The notes beneath the pieces were generated by a model. The model searched no databases. It was given only the letters and a program-made list of their open reading frames with translations, and had not been told where the DNA came from. A stretch of DNA of 64,000 bases from Candidatus Latescibacterota bacterium (GTDB taxonomy: Bacteria > Latescibacterota > UBA2968 > UBA8231): assembly GCA_965204725.1 (NCBI GenBank), contig OZ242005.1, positions 4,096,001 through 4,160,000 of the forward strand. The letters run 5' to 3'. Made by a program: the position numbers and the translations under genes. Positions 8,656 to 18,090 of this stretch are shown piece after piece (positions within the stretch are counted from its first letter, which is position 1; each line of letters starts with the position of its first letter).

Positions 8656-10428
8656 GTGTCGGGTCTGGATTACGCGCTGATGGTGCTCTATATGCTCTTC
8701 TTGGTGGGGATGGGACTGTACTATAGGAAATTCGCCCAAGAAAGCATGGAAAACTACTTCCTCGGTGGGCGCAAGATGAAGGGGTGGATGAGCGGCACTA
8801 GCTATGCGGTCACCTGCATGAACGCCGACGTAGCACCGGCGTATTGCGGCATGACGGTCATCACCGGGACCTTTATCTGCTGGTGGTATCTGAGTCGCTT
8901 CGGGCTGGCACTGATGATTGGTGGGTTGCTCTTTGCCGCGTGTTGGCGGCGGTTGAAAATTTTTACCTCGCCGGAATTTTACGAACTCCGCTTCGGCGGT
9001 GCGGCCGCGCCGACGATGCGCGCTTGGGTCTCGCTGCGCAGCGCCTTTGTCGCAGTGGTAGCTTGGACCGGAGCCGGGCTTTTGGGGCTGACGAAAGTAT
9101 CCGAGGCCCTCTTGGGCTGGTCGCGCTTTGAGACCTTTTTGCTCGTCATTCCAATCATCTTGGTCTATGTGGTGCTCTCCGGCTATATGGGCGTGGTGAT
9201 GTCGGATTTGATCCAGACCGCAGTCATGATCGCGTCCTCGCTGGTGCTGATGGGCTTGGTCTGGGCCGACTTCGGCGGGCCGACGGGCCTCTACCAAGCG
9301 CTGGTGACCCAGTTCGGGGAAGGGGTCGTTAGCTGGCATCCGCCGATGAGTCACGAACTTTTGGGGGTGGTGGGGATTATCGCCTGGACCATGGGGACCG
9401 CTATAGGCTACGGCGGCGACGTGGCCCCGATGGCCGGAGCGATGGAGGGCCAGCGGCTGCTCTCGTGTCGCAACAGCCGCGAGGCGACGCGGATGTACGT
9501 CTGGACTGAGATCGCGCTTTTCCTAATGCTGGCCGTGCTGACCCTGCCGGCACTGGGAGCGATGGTCAAATGGCCGGGCCTGTACGACGGCAGCATGGAC
9601 AAGGAGCTGGCCTACGGTCTCTTGTTGGGCCACTACCTGCCCTCGGGGCTGCTAGGGCTGGCGTTGGTGGCGATGTTTGCCTCGATCATGTCCACGGTGG
9701 ACTCCAACATGAACTTCGGAGCCCAAGTCTTTATCAACGACGTGTATCGGCGCTTTATCAAGCACGGTGCTGGGATGGGGCACTACATGAGCGTCGGTCG
9801 GGTGGTGATGCTGGCCATCATGGGTCTCTCGCTGGGGGTCGCACTCCAAGCCGAGAATGTCATCGACATCGCGGTCTTCATGCTCGGGCTTTCCTCGGCC
9901 GAACTGACGGCCAACTGGGGCCAGTGGTGGTGGTGGCGCTTCAACGGCGCGGCGCGGCTGGCGGCCTCTTTCGGCGGGCCGCTGGTCTTTCTCTCAAACA
10001 AGTACGTGGTTTTCGCCCATTGGATCGACGCGGGGCAGGATGCGGCCTATATGGTGGTACTCTCGTCAATTGCCGCGACGTGCTTGCTCTGGGTCGCGGT
10101 GGCACTCTGCACCGAGCCGGAGCCCGAGGAAAAGCTCTTGGCCTTCTACAAAGAGGCTAGGCCGATGGGATGGTGGGGGCCGATCGCGCAGAAGGCGGGA
10201 GTTGAGACCGGCGGCGGCAGACCGATCGCACACGGCTTGGGGCTTGCCCTGCTTGGTGCGGTCGCCGTGGGAGGAGGCGTTATCGGCTTTTCGGGGCTTT
10301 ACGTGGGGCGTTGGACTGTGGCGTTGGTCGGGGGGGTGGTCGCACTGGTGCTGGGAGCAGCGTTGCGCGGAGCATACACTCGCTATATGCGCCGAGTCGT
10401 CATTGCGCCGGAGCGAGTCGATTTGTAG
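8656..10428 (+). CDS. Sodium:solute symporter (SSS family)
   Basis: GGAGG RBS with GTG start; YFLGGRKM, PEFYELRFG, QRLLS, ASIMSTVDS; many TM helices. Confidence 0.9.
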   Translation: MSGLDYALMVLYMLFLVGMGLYYRKFAQESMENYFLGGRKMKGWMSGTSYAVTCMNADVAPAYCGMTVITGTFICWWYLSRFGLALMIGGLLFAACWRRLKIFTSPEFYELRFGGAAAPTMRAWVSLRSAFVAVVAWTGAGLLGLTKVSEALLGWSRFETFLLVIPIILVYVVLSGYMGVVMSDLIQTAVMIASSLVLMGLVWADFGGPTGLYQALVTQFGEGVVSWHPPMSHELLGVVGIIAWTMGTAIGYGGDVAPMAGAMEGQRLLSCRNSREATRMYVWTEIALFLMLAVLTLPALGAMVKWPGLYDGSMDKELAYGLLLGHYLPSGLLGLALVAMFASIMSTVDSNMNFGAQVFINDVYRRFIKHGAGMGHYMSVGRVVMLAIMGLSLGVALQAENVIDIAVFMLGLSSAELTANWGQWWWWRFNGAARLAASFGGPLVFLSNKYVVFAHWIDAGQDAAYMVVLSSIAATCLLWVAVALCTEPEPEEKLLAFYKEARPMGWWGPIAQKAGVETGGGRPIAHGLGLALLGAVAVGGGVIGFSGLYVGRWTVALVGGVVALVLGAALRGAYTRYMRRVVIAPERVDL

Positions 10429-10437
10429 CATACATCT

Positions 10438-12867
10438 ATGGCCACCGTCGTCCTCACCGAAAAGCCGAGTGTAGCGCGCGACATTGCCCGCGTCCTCGGC
10501 GCCAGCAAACGCGGCCAAGGCTACGTCGAAGGCAACGGCTACATCGTCACCTCGGCACTAGGGCACCTCGTGCAATTCGCTGAGCCAGACGAGTACGGCC
10601 CGCCTTGGAATGGCCGCTGGTCCTTTACCCAACTGCCCATGATCCCCGAGCAGTGGAAGCTCAAGACGACGCGCTCGACCTCCGACCAATACCAAATCGT
10701 CAAAAAATTGCTCAACAGCCCACAGACGGAGCGCGTCATCTGCGCGACGGACGCCGGGCGCGAGGGCGAGCACATCTTTCGCCTGATCTACGAGCACGCC
10801 CGTTGCAAAAAGCCGGTTGACAGGCTGTGGATTTCGAGCCTGACCGACGAGGCCATTCGGACCGGCTTCCGCGCCTTGCAGGAGGGGGGGGCCTTCGATC
10901 CGCTCGCGGCGGCCGCGCGGGCGCGCAGCCAAGCCGACTGGCTGATGGGCATGAACCTGACCCGCGCCTATACCGTCCACAACAACGCGCTCTGCACCAT
11001 TGGCCGAGTGCAGACGCCGACCTTGTCCATGGTGGTCAAGCGCGATGCGGCGATTGCCAGCTTTGTAAAGGCGTACTTTTACGAGTTGGTGGCGCAGCTA
11101 GCAGAGGGGTTTGCCGCCAAGTACTGCAAGGATGGCCAGACGCGCATTGACTCGAAAGAGGAAGCCGAGCGCCTGCATCGCCAGCTCAGCCCCAACAAGG
11201 TCGGCACCGTCCGCAAAATTGAGCAGAAAGTCAAAAAACACCGGCCACCCGCCCTCTACGACCTCAACAACCTCCAGCGCGACGCCAACCGCTGCTTTGG
11301 CTTTACCGCGGCGCAAACCCTCGAGCGCGCCCAAGCCCTATACGAAACCCACAAGCTCATCACGTACCCCCGCACCGAGAGCCGCCACCTCTCCGAGGAC
11401 ATGGTGCCCAAGTTGCCCGGCATCCTAGAAAAACTAACGCACCCGCAGGCCGGGGCTGCGCTGGCGCGTCTGCGCGGCGGGCACCGGCTCGGCCGGGCCT
11501 ATGTAGATCGCACCAAGCTCACCGATCACCACGCCATTATTCCCACCGGGCAACGGCCCGCCCCCAATCTGGCCCCAGACTTACAGAAGGTGTACGACCT
11601 AATCGTGGCGCGCTTTGTCGGCGTCTTCCTGCCCGACCAAGTGGTTGAGGAGACCACGGTACTCATCGACATCGGCGGTGCCGACTTTGTGGCCAAAGGG
11701 TCTGTCGTCTTAGAGGCGGGGTGGACGGTGGTAGCCATGCGGCCTCCAGACGCGGCAAAGGAGCAGCGACAGGCACTCCCGCCGTTGCAACGAGGTCAGC
11801 AAGTTCGCGTAACGAGCATGGATGTGGTCGAGAAGGAAACCCAGCCGCCGCGACCCTACACCGACGCCACGCTCCTAGCGGCCATGAAAAACGCCGGCCG
11901 CGAAATCGAGGACGACGAATTGGCCGCGGCCATGAAGGAATCCGGGTTGGGCACGCCGGCCACGCGAGCCGAGACCATCGAAAAGCTGATTCGCACCGGC
12001 TACGTCGCCCGCGACCGCAAGGCGATCACCTCAACAGAGAAGGGTAAAGCACTGGTGAGCTTGGTGGCCGAACCGCTGCGTAGCCCGGAGCTGACGGCCG
12101 AATGGGAGCAGCAGCTCAAGGAAGTTGAGGAGGGGCAGCGTCCAGCGGCGAAATTCTACGCAGAGATCGCCGACTTAGTGCGGGCACTGGTGCCCAAAGT
12201 CCAGCAGGGGCCGGCACTCTCGCCCGAGCAAGCGGCCGCGGCACAAGGCAAAAAGAGGGGGCGCGGCAAAGCGTTGGGGCCTTGTCCCAAGTGCAAAGAG
12301 GGCCGAGTAGTAGAAAACGCCAAGGCGTACGGATGCAGTCGCTACCGGGAGGGCTGCGACCTAACAGTCTGGAAGACGGTGGCGCGCAAGCGGCTGACCG
12401 AAAAGCAGGCGCAGTTGTTGATAGCCAAGGGCCGCACCGAAAAGATGCAGGGCTTTACGTCCAAGGCCGGCAAAAAGTTTGCGGCGCGGCTCAAATTCGA
12501 CGATGCGTTCAAGGTCGTCTTTGATTTTGACGATCCGCCGCGGAATGGTGCGGCTAGGTCGGAGGGACGCGAGAGGCCGCCCGAGCCGACCGCCGCCCTC
12601 ACCTGCCCCAAGTGCCGGCAGGGCCAAATCATCGAGGGCCAGCGCGGCTTTGGCTGCAACCGCTATCGCGAGGGGTGCGACTTTGTGGTGTGGAAGGAAA
12701 TGGCCGGTAAGAAGTTGACCGCAAAGCAAATCCACACCTTGATCGCCAAAGGCAAAACCGGCGTGATCAAGGGCTTCAAGAGCAAAAAGGGCCACAAATT
12801 CGACGCGCGGTTGAAGCTCGGGCCGGAGTGCAAGGCCGCGTTTGATTTTCCCGCTGGGGTGCGCTGA
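10438..12867 (+). CDS. topB: DNA topoisomerase III with C-terminal zinc-ribbon repeats
   Basis: EKPSVARDIA, ATDAGREGE, GRVQTPTL, ITYPRT (catalytic Tyr), GLGTPATRA; two CPKC...GC..Y...C repeats. Confidence 0.93.
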   Translation: MATVVLTEKPSVARDIARVLGASKRGQGYVEGNGYIVTSALGHLVQFAEPDEYGPPWNGRWSFTQLPMIPEQWKLKTTRSTSDQYQIVKKLLNSPQTERVICATDAGREGEHIFRLIYEHARCKKPVDRLWISSLTDEAIRTGFRALQEGGAFDPLAAAARARSQADWLMGMNLTRAYTVHNNALCTIGRVQTPTLSMVVKRDAAIASFVKAYFYELVAQLAEGFAAKYCKDGQTRIDSKEEAERLHRQLSPNKVGTVRKIEQKVKKHRPPALYDLNNLQRDANRCFGFTAAQTLERAQALYETHKLITYPRTESRHLSEDMVPKLPGILEKLTHPQAGAALARLRGGHRLGRAYVDRTKLTDHHAIIPTGQRPAPNLAPDLQKVYDLIVARFVGVFLPDQVVEETTVLIDIGGADFVAKGSVVLEAGWTVVAMRPPDAAKEQRQALPPLQRGQQVRVTSMDVVEKETQPPRPYTDATLLAAMKNAGREIEDDELAAAMKESGLGTPATRAETIEKLIRTGYVARDRKAITSTEKGKALVSLVAEPLRSPELTAEWEQQLKEVEEGQRPAAKFYAEIADLVRALVPKVQQGPALSPEQAAAAQGKKRGRGKALGPCPKCKEGRVVENAKAYGCSRYREGCDLTVWKTVARKRLTEKQAQLLIAKGRTEKMQGFTSKAGKKFAARLKFDDAFKVVFDFDDPPRNGAARSEGRERPPEPTAALTCPKCRQGQIIEGQRGFGCNRYREGCDFVVWKEMAGKKLTAKQIHTLIAKGKTGVIKGFKSKKGHKFDARLKLGPECKAAFDFPAGVR

Positions 12868-12868
12868 C

Positions 12869-13447
12869 ATGGCTCTTCAACGCTGTCCGTGGCTCGACCT
12901 CGACAAGCCCGATTACGTCGCGTACCACGACCGCGAGTGGGGAGTCCCCGTTCACGACGACCGCAAGCACTTTGAGTTTCTCACCCTCGAGTCCGCCCAA
13001 GCCGGGCTCAGTTGGTACACCGTCCTCCGCAAGCGCGCCAACTACCGCCAAGCCTTCGCCGAGTTCGACCCTGCCCAAGTCGCTCGCTTTAGCGCGGCCA
13101 AAATCGAGCAGATGCTCCAAGACCCCGGACTGATTCGCAATCGCCGCAAGATCAACGCGGCCGTTGAAAACGCTCGGCACTTCCTCGCCGTGCAGGACGA
13201 ATTCGGCAGCTTCAACGCCTACGTTTGGCGCTTTGTCCGGGGCCAGCCCATGGTCAACGAGTTTCGCACCCTCGCCGACTTACCGGCCACCAGCCGCGAA
13301 TCCGACGCCTTGAGCAAAGACCTCAAGAGCCGCGGCTTCAAATTCATCGGCTCAACCGTCATCTACGCCCACATGCAGGCCACCGGCATGGTCAACGACC
13401 ACGTACTCGGCTGCTTCCGCCGCGCCCAGATCCTCAACGCGGGGTAG
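12869..13447 (+). CDS. tag: DNA-3-methyladenine glycosylase I
   Basis: RCPW, YHDREWGVP, LESAQAGLSW, IRNRRKI, QATGMVNDH. Confidence 0.95.
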   Translation: MALQRCPWLDLDKPDYVAYHDREWGVPVHDDRKHFEFLTLESAQAGLSWYTVLRKRANYRQAFAEFDPAQVARFSAAKIEQMLQDPGLIRNRRKINAAVENARHFLAVQDEFGSFNAYVWRFVRGQPMVNEFRTLADLPATSRESDALSKDLKSRGFKFIGSTVIYAHMQATGMVNDHVLGCFRRAQILNAG

Positions 13448-13470
13448 GCACATCCCACAGGAGAAATCCC

Positions 13471-14271
13471 ATGCTCAGCAGCGAACAATACCAGCACTTT
13501 CAGACCTTTGGCTTCGTCGTCCTGCGCCCGTTTTTCACCGCTGACGAGGTGGCCACCTTGAGCGCGGAGTTTGAAAAGGGCCTCGACCTCGCTTATGCAC
13601 ACCGCCCCTTCGACAGCTCTGAGCGCCATTGGGTGCCGCAAATGGGGCCGAGCACGCCCTTGTACGCCAGCTTGCTAGAGGACGAGCGCTTCTTGGTCAA
13701 TTACCGCGCAGCTCTACGGCGCGGATGCCTTTGCCGTGGGCGTAGATGCCAACCGCTACATCGGCGACACCCGCTGGCACCCCGATCACCGCGTCGATCC
13801 CACCGAAGACTGCTACGGGATCAAGTTTGCCTTCTATCTCGATGCGGTCGGCCCGGATACGGGTGCCCTGCGCCTCGTGCCCGGCTCGCACAAAAACCCG
13901 CTGCACGATGACCTGCGGGCATACATTCAAGGGCAGGGCTTGGAGTTGGCAGACATCCCCTCGTGTGCGCCTACCCCTCCGAGCCGGGCGACGTCGTCGC
14001 CTTTGACGTGCGCTGCTGGCACGCCAGCTTTGGCGGGCGACGGGGACGCCGCATGAGTACCTGCGTGTACTACAAAAACCCCGAGACCCCAGCGCAAGAA
14101 CGAGCCGCCCGCCAACGCGCCCAAAAAAGCCATCAAGCACCCGCGCAATACCACCGCCCCGGCGACCCGCTCATCCACCCCCATTGGATCGCCAATCACT
14201 CGGGCAGCCCCTTGCGCCAACGCTGGATTGAGCGGTTGGACGCCCTCGGATTCCTGCATTCGGCGGCCTGA
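13471..14271 (+). pseudogene. PhyH-family dioxygenase broken by two frameshifts
   Basis: Motifs split over three segments: MLSSEQYQHFQTFGFVVL, then WHPD and GALRLVPGSH, then PGDVVAFDVRCWHAS; apparent +1 near 13693 and +2 (TG slip) near 13965. Confidence 0.85.
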
Positions 14272-14434
14272 GCCTCGGGTTCGTAGGCGAAGCTAAACCA
14301 TTGTCGAATATCAACCTTACAGGTCACAGAAGTGTCGTCAACTTCAGCAAGCCGGTCACGGCAGTCGTCTTCCTCTGCCTCTGGCCCCGCTACGACCGAT
14401 CGAGGGTTCGGGGAGGTGGCCCTACAGATCGTCT

Positions 14435-15796
14435 CTACACTGCTCCTTCAATACCTTCATTGAAGTCGGACGTGGATTGAACCGTTGCACCCTCGCTTAC
14501 CGCATCCACATACGCCGCATCTATTGAAGTTACCCCTTCTTGGGCAGCACGACTGACCACCGAAGCCGCTGTAGTCAACAGAATGCGAGGATGTTGTCTA
14601 TTCTTCAATAGGGCCGCCACCCCTTCTTCAGTGAAGGGCTTAATGGTGCCACGGTCTCCGGGATTGTCCCGATAGTAGTCAAGGTGGGCAACTATGATCT
14701 CTCTGGCTTGGTCCGTACTTGGAAGCGGAAGTTCCACTGAATTGGGATCGCTAGGATCCAATCGGGCAACTCCTGCCAGCCCCGCTTCCCCCCAAGCTGC
14801 AGACAAGCCTACCGAGGCCTGTTGGTGGGTAGTCAGTACGCAAGAAAAAAAGTTGTGTGCTGTGTTTGCATATCCTGGGCGAACAGTGCATAGGGCGAAT
14901 TCCTTTGCGAACTCCACGCGATGTCTACGCGCCATTTGGTCGACAAGGTTCTCTATGTCATCAATAAAGAGATATCCTCCGGCAAAACCAGCGGATTTCA
15001 AGTAGAGGACTATGTCATTGAAAAGAAAATCGCGTGAGAGATCCAATAGCTTTGTGTCACGGGGAACATAGAACGGTTCGAGACTGTTGTCCTTTCTAAA
15101 GGACTTCAGATAGTCTTCAAACCCGCCTATGGCAAGAGCTGATGCTGATTCGGGTCGTATTCCTTCTGTAGTTAGCTGGTTCGTAACCTTTAGGTTCAGT
15201 TCCACAGCGTCTATCCCGTTGGCGTGCAATATGTCGTCAGCCAACAGATTAGCGAGATCTCGGGTTCCGTCTGGTTTTTTCTCAACCTGTTGAACTTCTT
15301 GGTCTGTCAGATGCTGCATTCGTAGAGCAGCCTGCGATGCTTTCAGTACGCCGCTTTTACACACATCGACCAATGCCGACAAAGCCAATTGCTCCATAAA
15401 GCGCCGGTCTACTTGGGAAGGAAAAGACACGTAAACCACCAGCGCAGAAAATTGTCCATCGAATTCCGTCCACCCCCAGTCTTGGTTGATACGCTGCCGA
15501 AAGTAACGGAGCAACGCAGTCTTTCCCATGCCTCGGCTCGACTCCGTGTCTCCCTTGGACCAAAGATAGGCAAGCCGAACTCTATTTTGGAAATCGTTGG
15601 GACGAATCAAAAGCTGCTCAAATTTTTCGATGCTTGGGCGCACCGGTCCCTCAGCATAAATGGTCCCATTACGCCGAGGGTCAGTATTATATGGGTCAGA
15701 GATAGCTACATTAGGAAATGGCAAGTCTTTCAGACCAAGTTTTTTGTAGGGAGAAGTCGTTTGTTGCAGGCCTTTCTTAGGTACTCTCAGCATCAT
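14435..15796 (-). CDS. AAA+ P-loop ATPase (BrxD/Cdc6/ExeA-like), putative defence component
   Basis: N-terminal YKKLGLKDLPF, Walker A GMGKT, Walker B YLFIDDIE, VLTT, KPFTEEGV, HPRILL; lower GC; TAATG overlap with upstream gene. Confidence 0.75.
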   Translation of the reverse strand: MMLRVPKKGLQQTTSPYKKLGLKDLPFPNVAISDPYNTDPRRNGTIYAEGPVRPSIEKFEQLLIRPNDFQNRVRLAYLWSKGDTESSRGMGKTALLRYFRQRINQDWGWTEFDGQFSALVVYVSFPSQVDRRFMEQLALSALVDVCKSGVLKASQAALRMQHLTDQEVQQVEKKPDGTRDLANLLADDILHANGIDAVELNLKVTNQLTTEGIRPESASALAIGGFEDYLKSFRKDNSLEPFYVPRDTKLLDLSRDFLFNDIVLYLKSAGFAGGYLFIDDIENLVDQMARRHRVEFAKEFALCTVRPGYANTAHNFFSCVLTTHQQASVGLSAAWGEAGLAGVARLDPSDPNSVELPLPSTDQAREIIVAHLDYYRDNPGDRGTIKPFTEEGVAALLKNRQHPRILLTTAASVVSRAAQEGVTSIDAAYVDAVSEGATVQSTSDFNEGIEGAV

Positions 15797-16887
15797 TATG
15801 CCTTCCTGATAAGGTTATAGATCTGGGTGGAACCCCGGTCACGCACCAATGGCTTTCGCCGACCGGTGATACCCTCGTATTGTAGGCCGACCGTTAAGGG
15901 GCGAGGGTCCAAGTCAAGGATATGGTTGAGGCCCTCGTCGAACGCCGCTTCTGGTATCTTCAAATATTCGCTGACCCTATCCCGGACCTCAGATAAGTCA
16001 TAGTACCCGGCGATCGGAGTCAAGCTCTCAAACACCTCGTAAATGGCCTTAAGGAGTTTGTCGAGTACTTTAAGATCAGCTATGTCCGGTTCGCAGAAAT
16101 AGATGTTAAAGGATTCGTCCGAGTTAAGACGAATATCTAGCGGGACATGCCAATTATTCGGAGGAAAATTCACCATACAGGGAGTATATGTCTTTAAGAA
16201 CTCACAACCTTCTTGGTTATGCTTCATTTGGTTTAATAATCGGAGACTTACCAACCGATCACACATCGCTCTGAACATGGGAACGCCTATACGCATTTCG
16301 GGAACCGCCTTTAGCAGAATACGATGACGTAAGGCATCCTCCATTTTCTTAGGGTTACTACCATTCAGTGTCGATAATACTTGGTCGGCCTGCTTAGCTG
16401 CTTCTTCACCAAATGTAGGAACAAGTAAACCAGTGATGTAATCCCTGTTATCAAATCTGTCCGCATTTACTACTGGACGCCAAATAGCCTCCAATTCTAA
16501 GTGCTTCTTAACTACCAACCGGAGATTATCATAAGTCCGCAAATGCTCCGTAGCCATAACACGCCGCAGTTTTTGGAATTGACGATTATCAAGAAGGGAT
16601 AAAACTGCCCTGCCCTTATCCGTCAGTTCATACGCCCCTCTCTTGACGGACTTGGCGAGTTGGAGATGTACCAATTCAGGGCAAATTTTTTCACCCACGG
16701 TCTCAAATGTACCCCTCGGCTCCGGCAACATTAGCCGCAAAGCTTTGTCACTGACATATTTGCGGACGCTCTTAGCAATTGTGTCTGTCTGCTCCTCTCG
16801 GCGAGCACTAGAAGGCAAACCTGCCAATACGCGCAGTCCGATATAGTGATAGCCAACGTCGGTTACGTTGTAGCTAGTTATATTCAC
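15796..16887 (-). CDS. Hypothetical protein with probable multiple winged-helix domains
   Basis: wHTH-like segments LVHLQLA..GAYELTDKGR, MCDRLVSLRLL, LSEVRDRVSEYLKIPEAAFDEGL; GTGA overlap with the nuclease gene. Confidence 0.65.
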   Translation of the reverse strand: MNITSYNVTDVGYHYIGLRVLAGLPSSARREEQTDTIAKSVRKYVSDKALRLMLPEPRGTFETVGEKICPELVHLQLAKSVKRGAYELTDKGRAVLSLLDNRQFQKLRRVMATEHLRTYDNLRLVVKKHLELEAIWRPVVNADRFDNRDYITGLLVPTFGEEAAKQADQVLSTLNGSNPKKMEDALRHRILLKAVPEMRIGVPMFRAMCDRLVSLRLLNQMKHNQEGCEFLKTYTPCMVNFPPNNWHVPLDIRLNSDESFNIYFCEPDIADLKVLDKLLKAIYEVFESLTPIAGYYDLSEVRDRVSEYLKIPEAAFDEGLNHILDLDPRPLTVGLQYEGITGRRKPLVRDRGSTQIYNLIRKA

Positions 16888-17663
16888 TGCATCGCCTCCC
16901 GGGCACTGGCTAAAAGCCAATTGCATTCCGCGTTAAGCTGCCGAAACGAATGGCTGATTACCTGAGATTCAGATTCAGCGACCACCCTCAACACAATAGT
17001 ATTTTCAGAACGATAGCCGAATCTACTGCTGATCCAATTATCCATTAACTTCAGCCATACATTGTTAAGCTCGGCACAAAAATCTTGAAACCGGTCGTGG
17101 AATTCTTCTGAAACTTGGAGACGACCCCGACGCAGTTCCACGTTAATCCTCTTTGCATTATCAACGAGTATGGGAACGGGTCTCAAACTAGGACTTACCG
17201 GGTGGATGCCAAGCCCAAGACACGCAGCCAAGCCGTTGATGTCGAACGCCGCGGTAGCCATGAATACAGGGCACAACTCCTTCAATAACAAATCCGGATT
17301 GAGGGCGAGATAGTCTAATATCTTGGCAAAGAAGACTATTACGTCGTTTTTCGCCGGAGGCCCCTGCCAGTTCTTCAGTTCCATTATAGCAGTGACATCC
17401 GGGTGTTTGGCCACGATGTCGATTTCGTGCAGAACACCGGATGCAGTAGACATCTCAGAACCGAGACGCATTTCTCGCTCCTGAGAAATCTCCCAACTAC
17501 TCAAGCTAGTAATACAACCGGTCCGAAAATTACGTTCAAATCCCTGATCGGGCAGGTTGTCACGAGCTGTGTGCTGCCATTCCTCGTTGACAAACCGATA
17601 GCAATGTTTGAGGAAGTCAACTGCTGCATTCGGCAGTTCATCTTCCACTCGGATGCTAACCAT
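16884..17663 (-). CDS. Mrr-like PD-(D/E)XK endonuclease
   Basis: QGFE ... SGVLHEIDIV ... MELKNW ... VIVFFAKILD; true start may be 17718 (see findings). Confidence 0.7.
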   Translation of the reverse strand: MVSIRVEDELPNAAVDFLKHCYRFVNEEWQHTARDNLPDQGFERNFRTGCITSLSSWEISQEREMRLGSEMSTASGVLHEIDIVAKHPDVTAIMELKNWQGPPAKNDVIVFFAKILDYLALNPDLLLKELCPVFMATAAFDINGLAACLGLGIHPVSPSLRPVPILVDNAKRINVELRRGRLQVSEEFHDRFQDFCAELNNVWLKLMDNWISSRFGYRSENTIVLRVVAESESQVISHSFRQLNAECNWLLASAREAMQ

Positions 17664-17793
17664 TTTTCCTCATCTCGTCGAGGTCCGTAATGCGTAGATC
17701 GTATAGCTGCTCATCCATGTCTCCTTGTATCTGAGTGTTTTTGGCTGTGCCAACTCGTGCTATGTGAAGAATGTACTTAGCTCCTACGATGTG

Positions 17794-18000
17794 TCAAGTC
17801 ATACCTTCTACATCTAACCCCACCGCCTTCCGCAACTCCTCCGGCTCCGGTACTTGGGCCGCCGCTCCAAAGCTCAGCACCTAACTCTTAATCTCATAGA
17901 ATTTCCCAGTTCGCAGCCGCTTTAGTAGCAAAAATCGCCCGTCCTCCTCCAACCACCGCCCCGCGGTCTGTTTGTAGGCCGCGCCCAATGGTTGGGCCAT
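17794..18000 (-). pseudogene. WYL/WCX-domain regulator C-terminal remnant with nonsense codon
   Basis: EEDGRFLLLKRLRTGKFYEIKS*VLSFGAAAQVPEPEELRKAV matches the WVLSFG..VLEPEELR..V end of PafC/YafY-type proteins; TAG at 17881-17883 replaces TGG. Confidence 0.75.
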
Positions 18001-18090
18001 GTCGTGCTTCCTCTGTGGTGAAATTGCAAAAAGGGGTCCAATTGAATAGAATAAGATGTGCGCTTTTTTCCCCTCACCAAGGAGCTTCTC

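Noticed and set aside
12282-12850. Duplicated CPKC modules in topB as a novel repeat
   Set aside because: Known C-terminal zinc-ribbon repeats of topoisomerase III
13225-13911. 228-aa ORF as an intact gene, or a programmed frameshift
   Set aside because: It is a chimera of tag shadow frame, the PhyH N-terminus and out-of-frame sequence; no slippery heptamer at the shift sites
14435-15796. BREX system call
   Set aside because: No pglZ, pglX or brxC in the window; only a general ATPase resemblance
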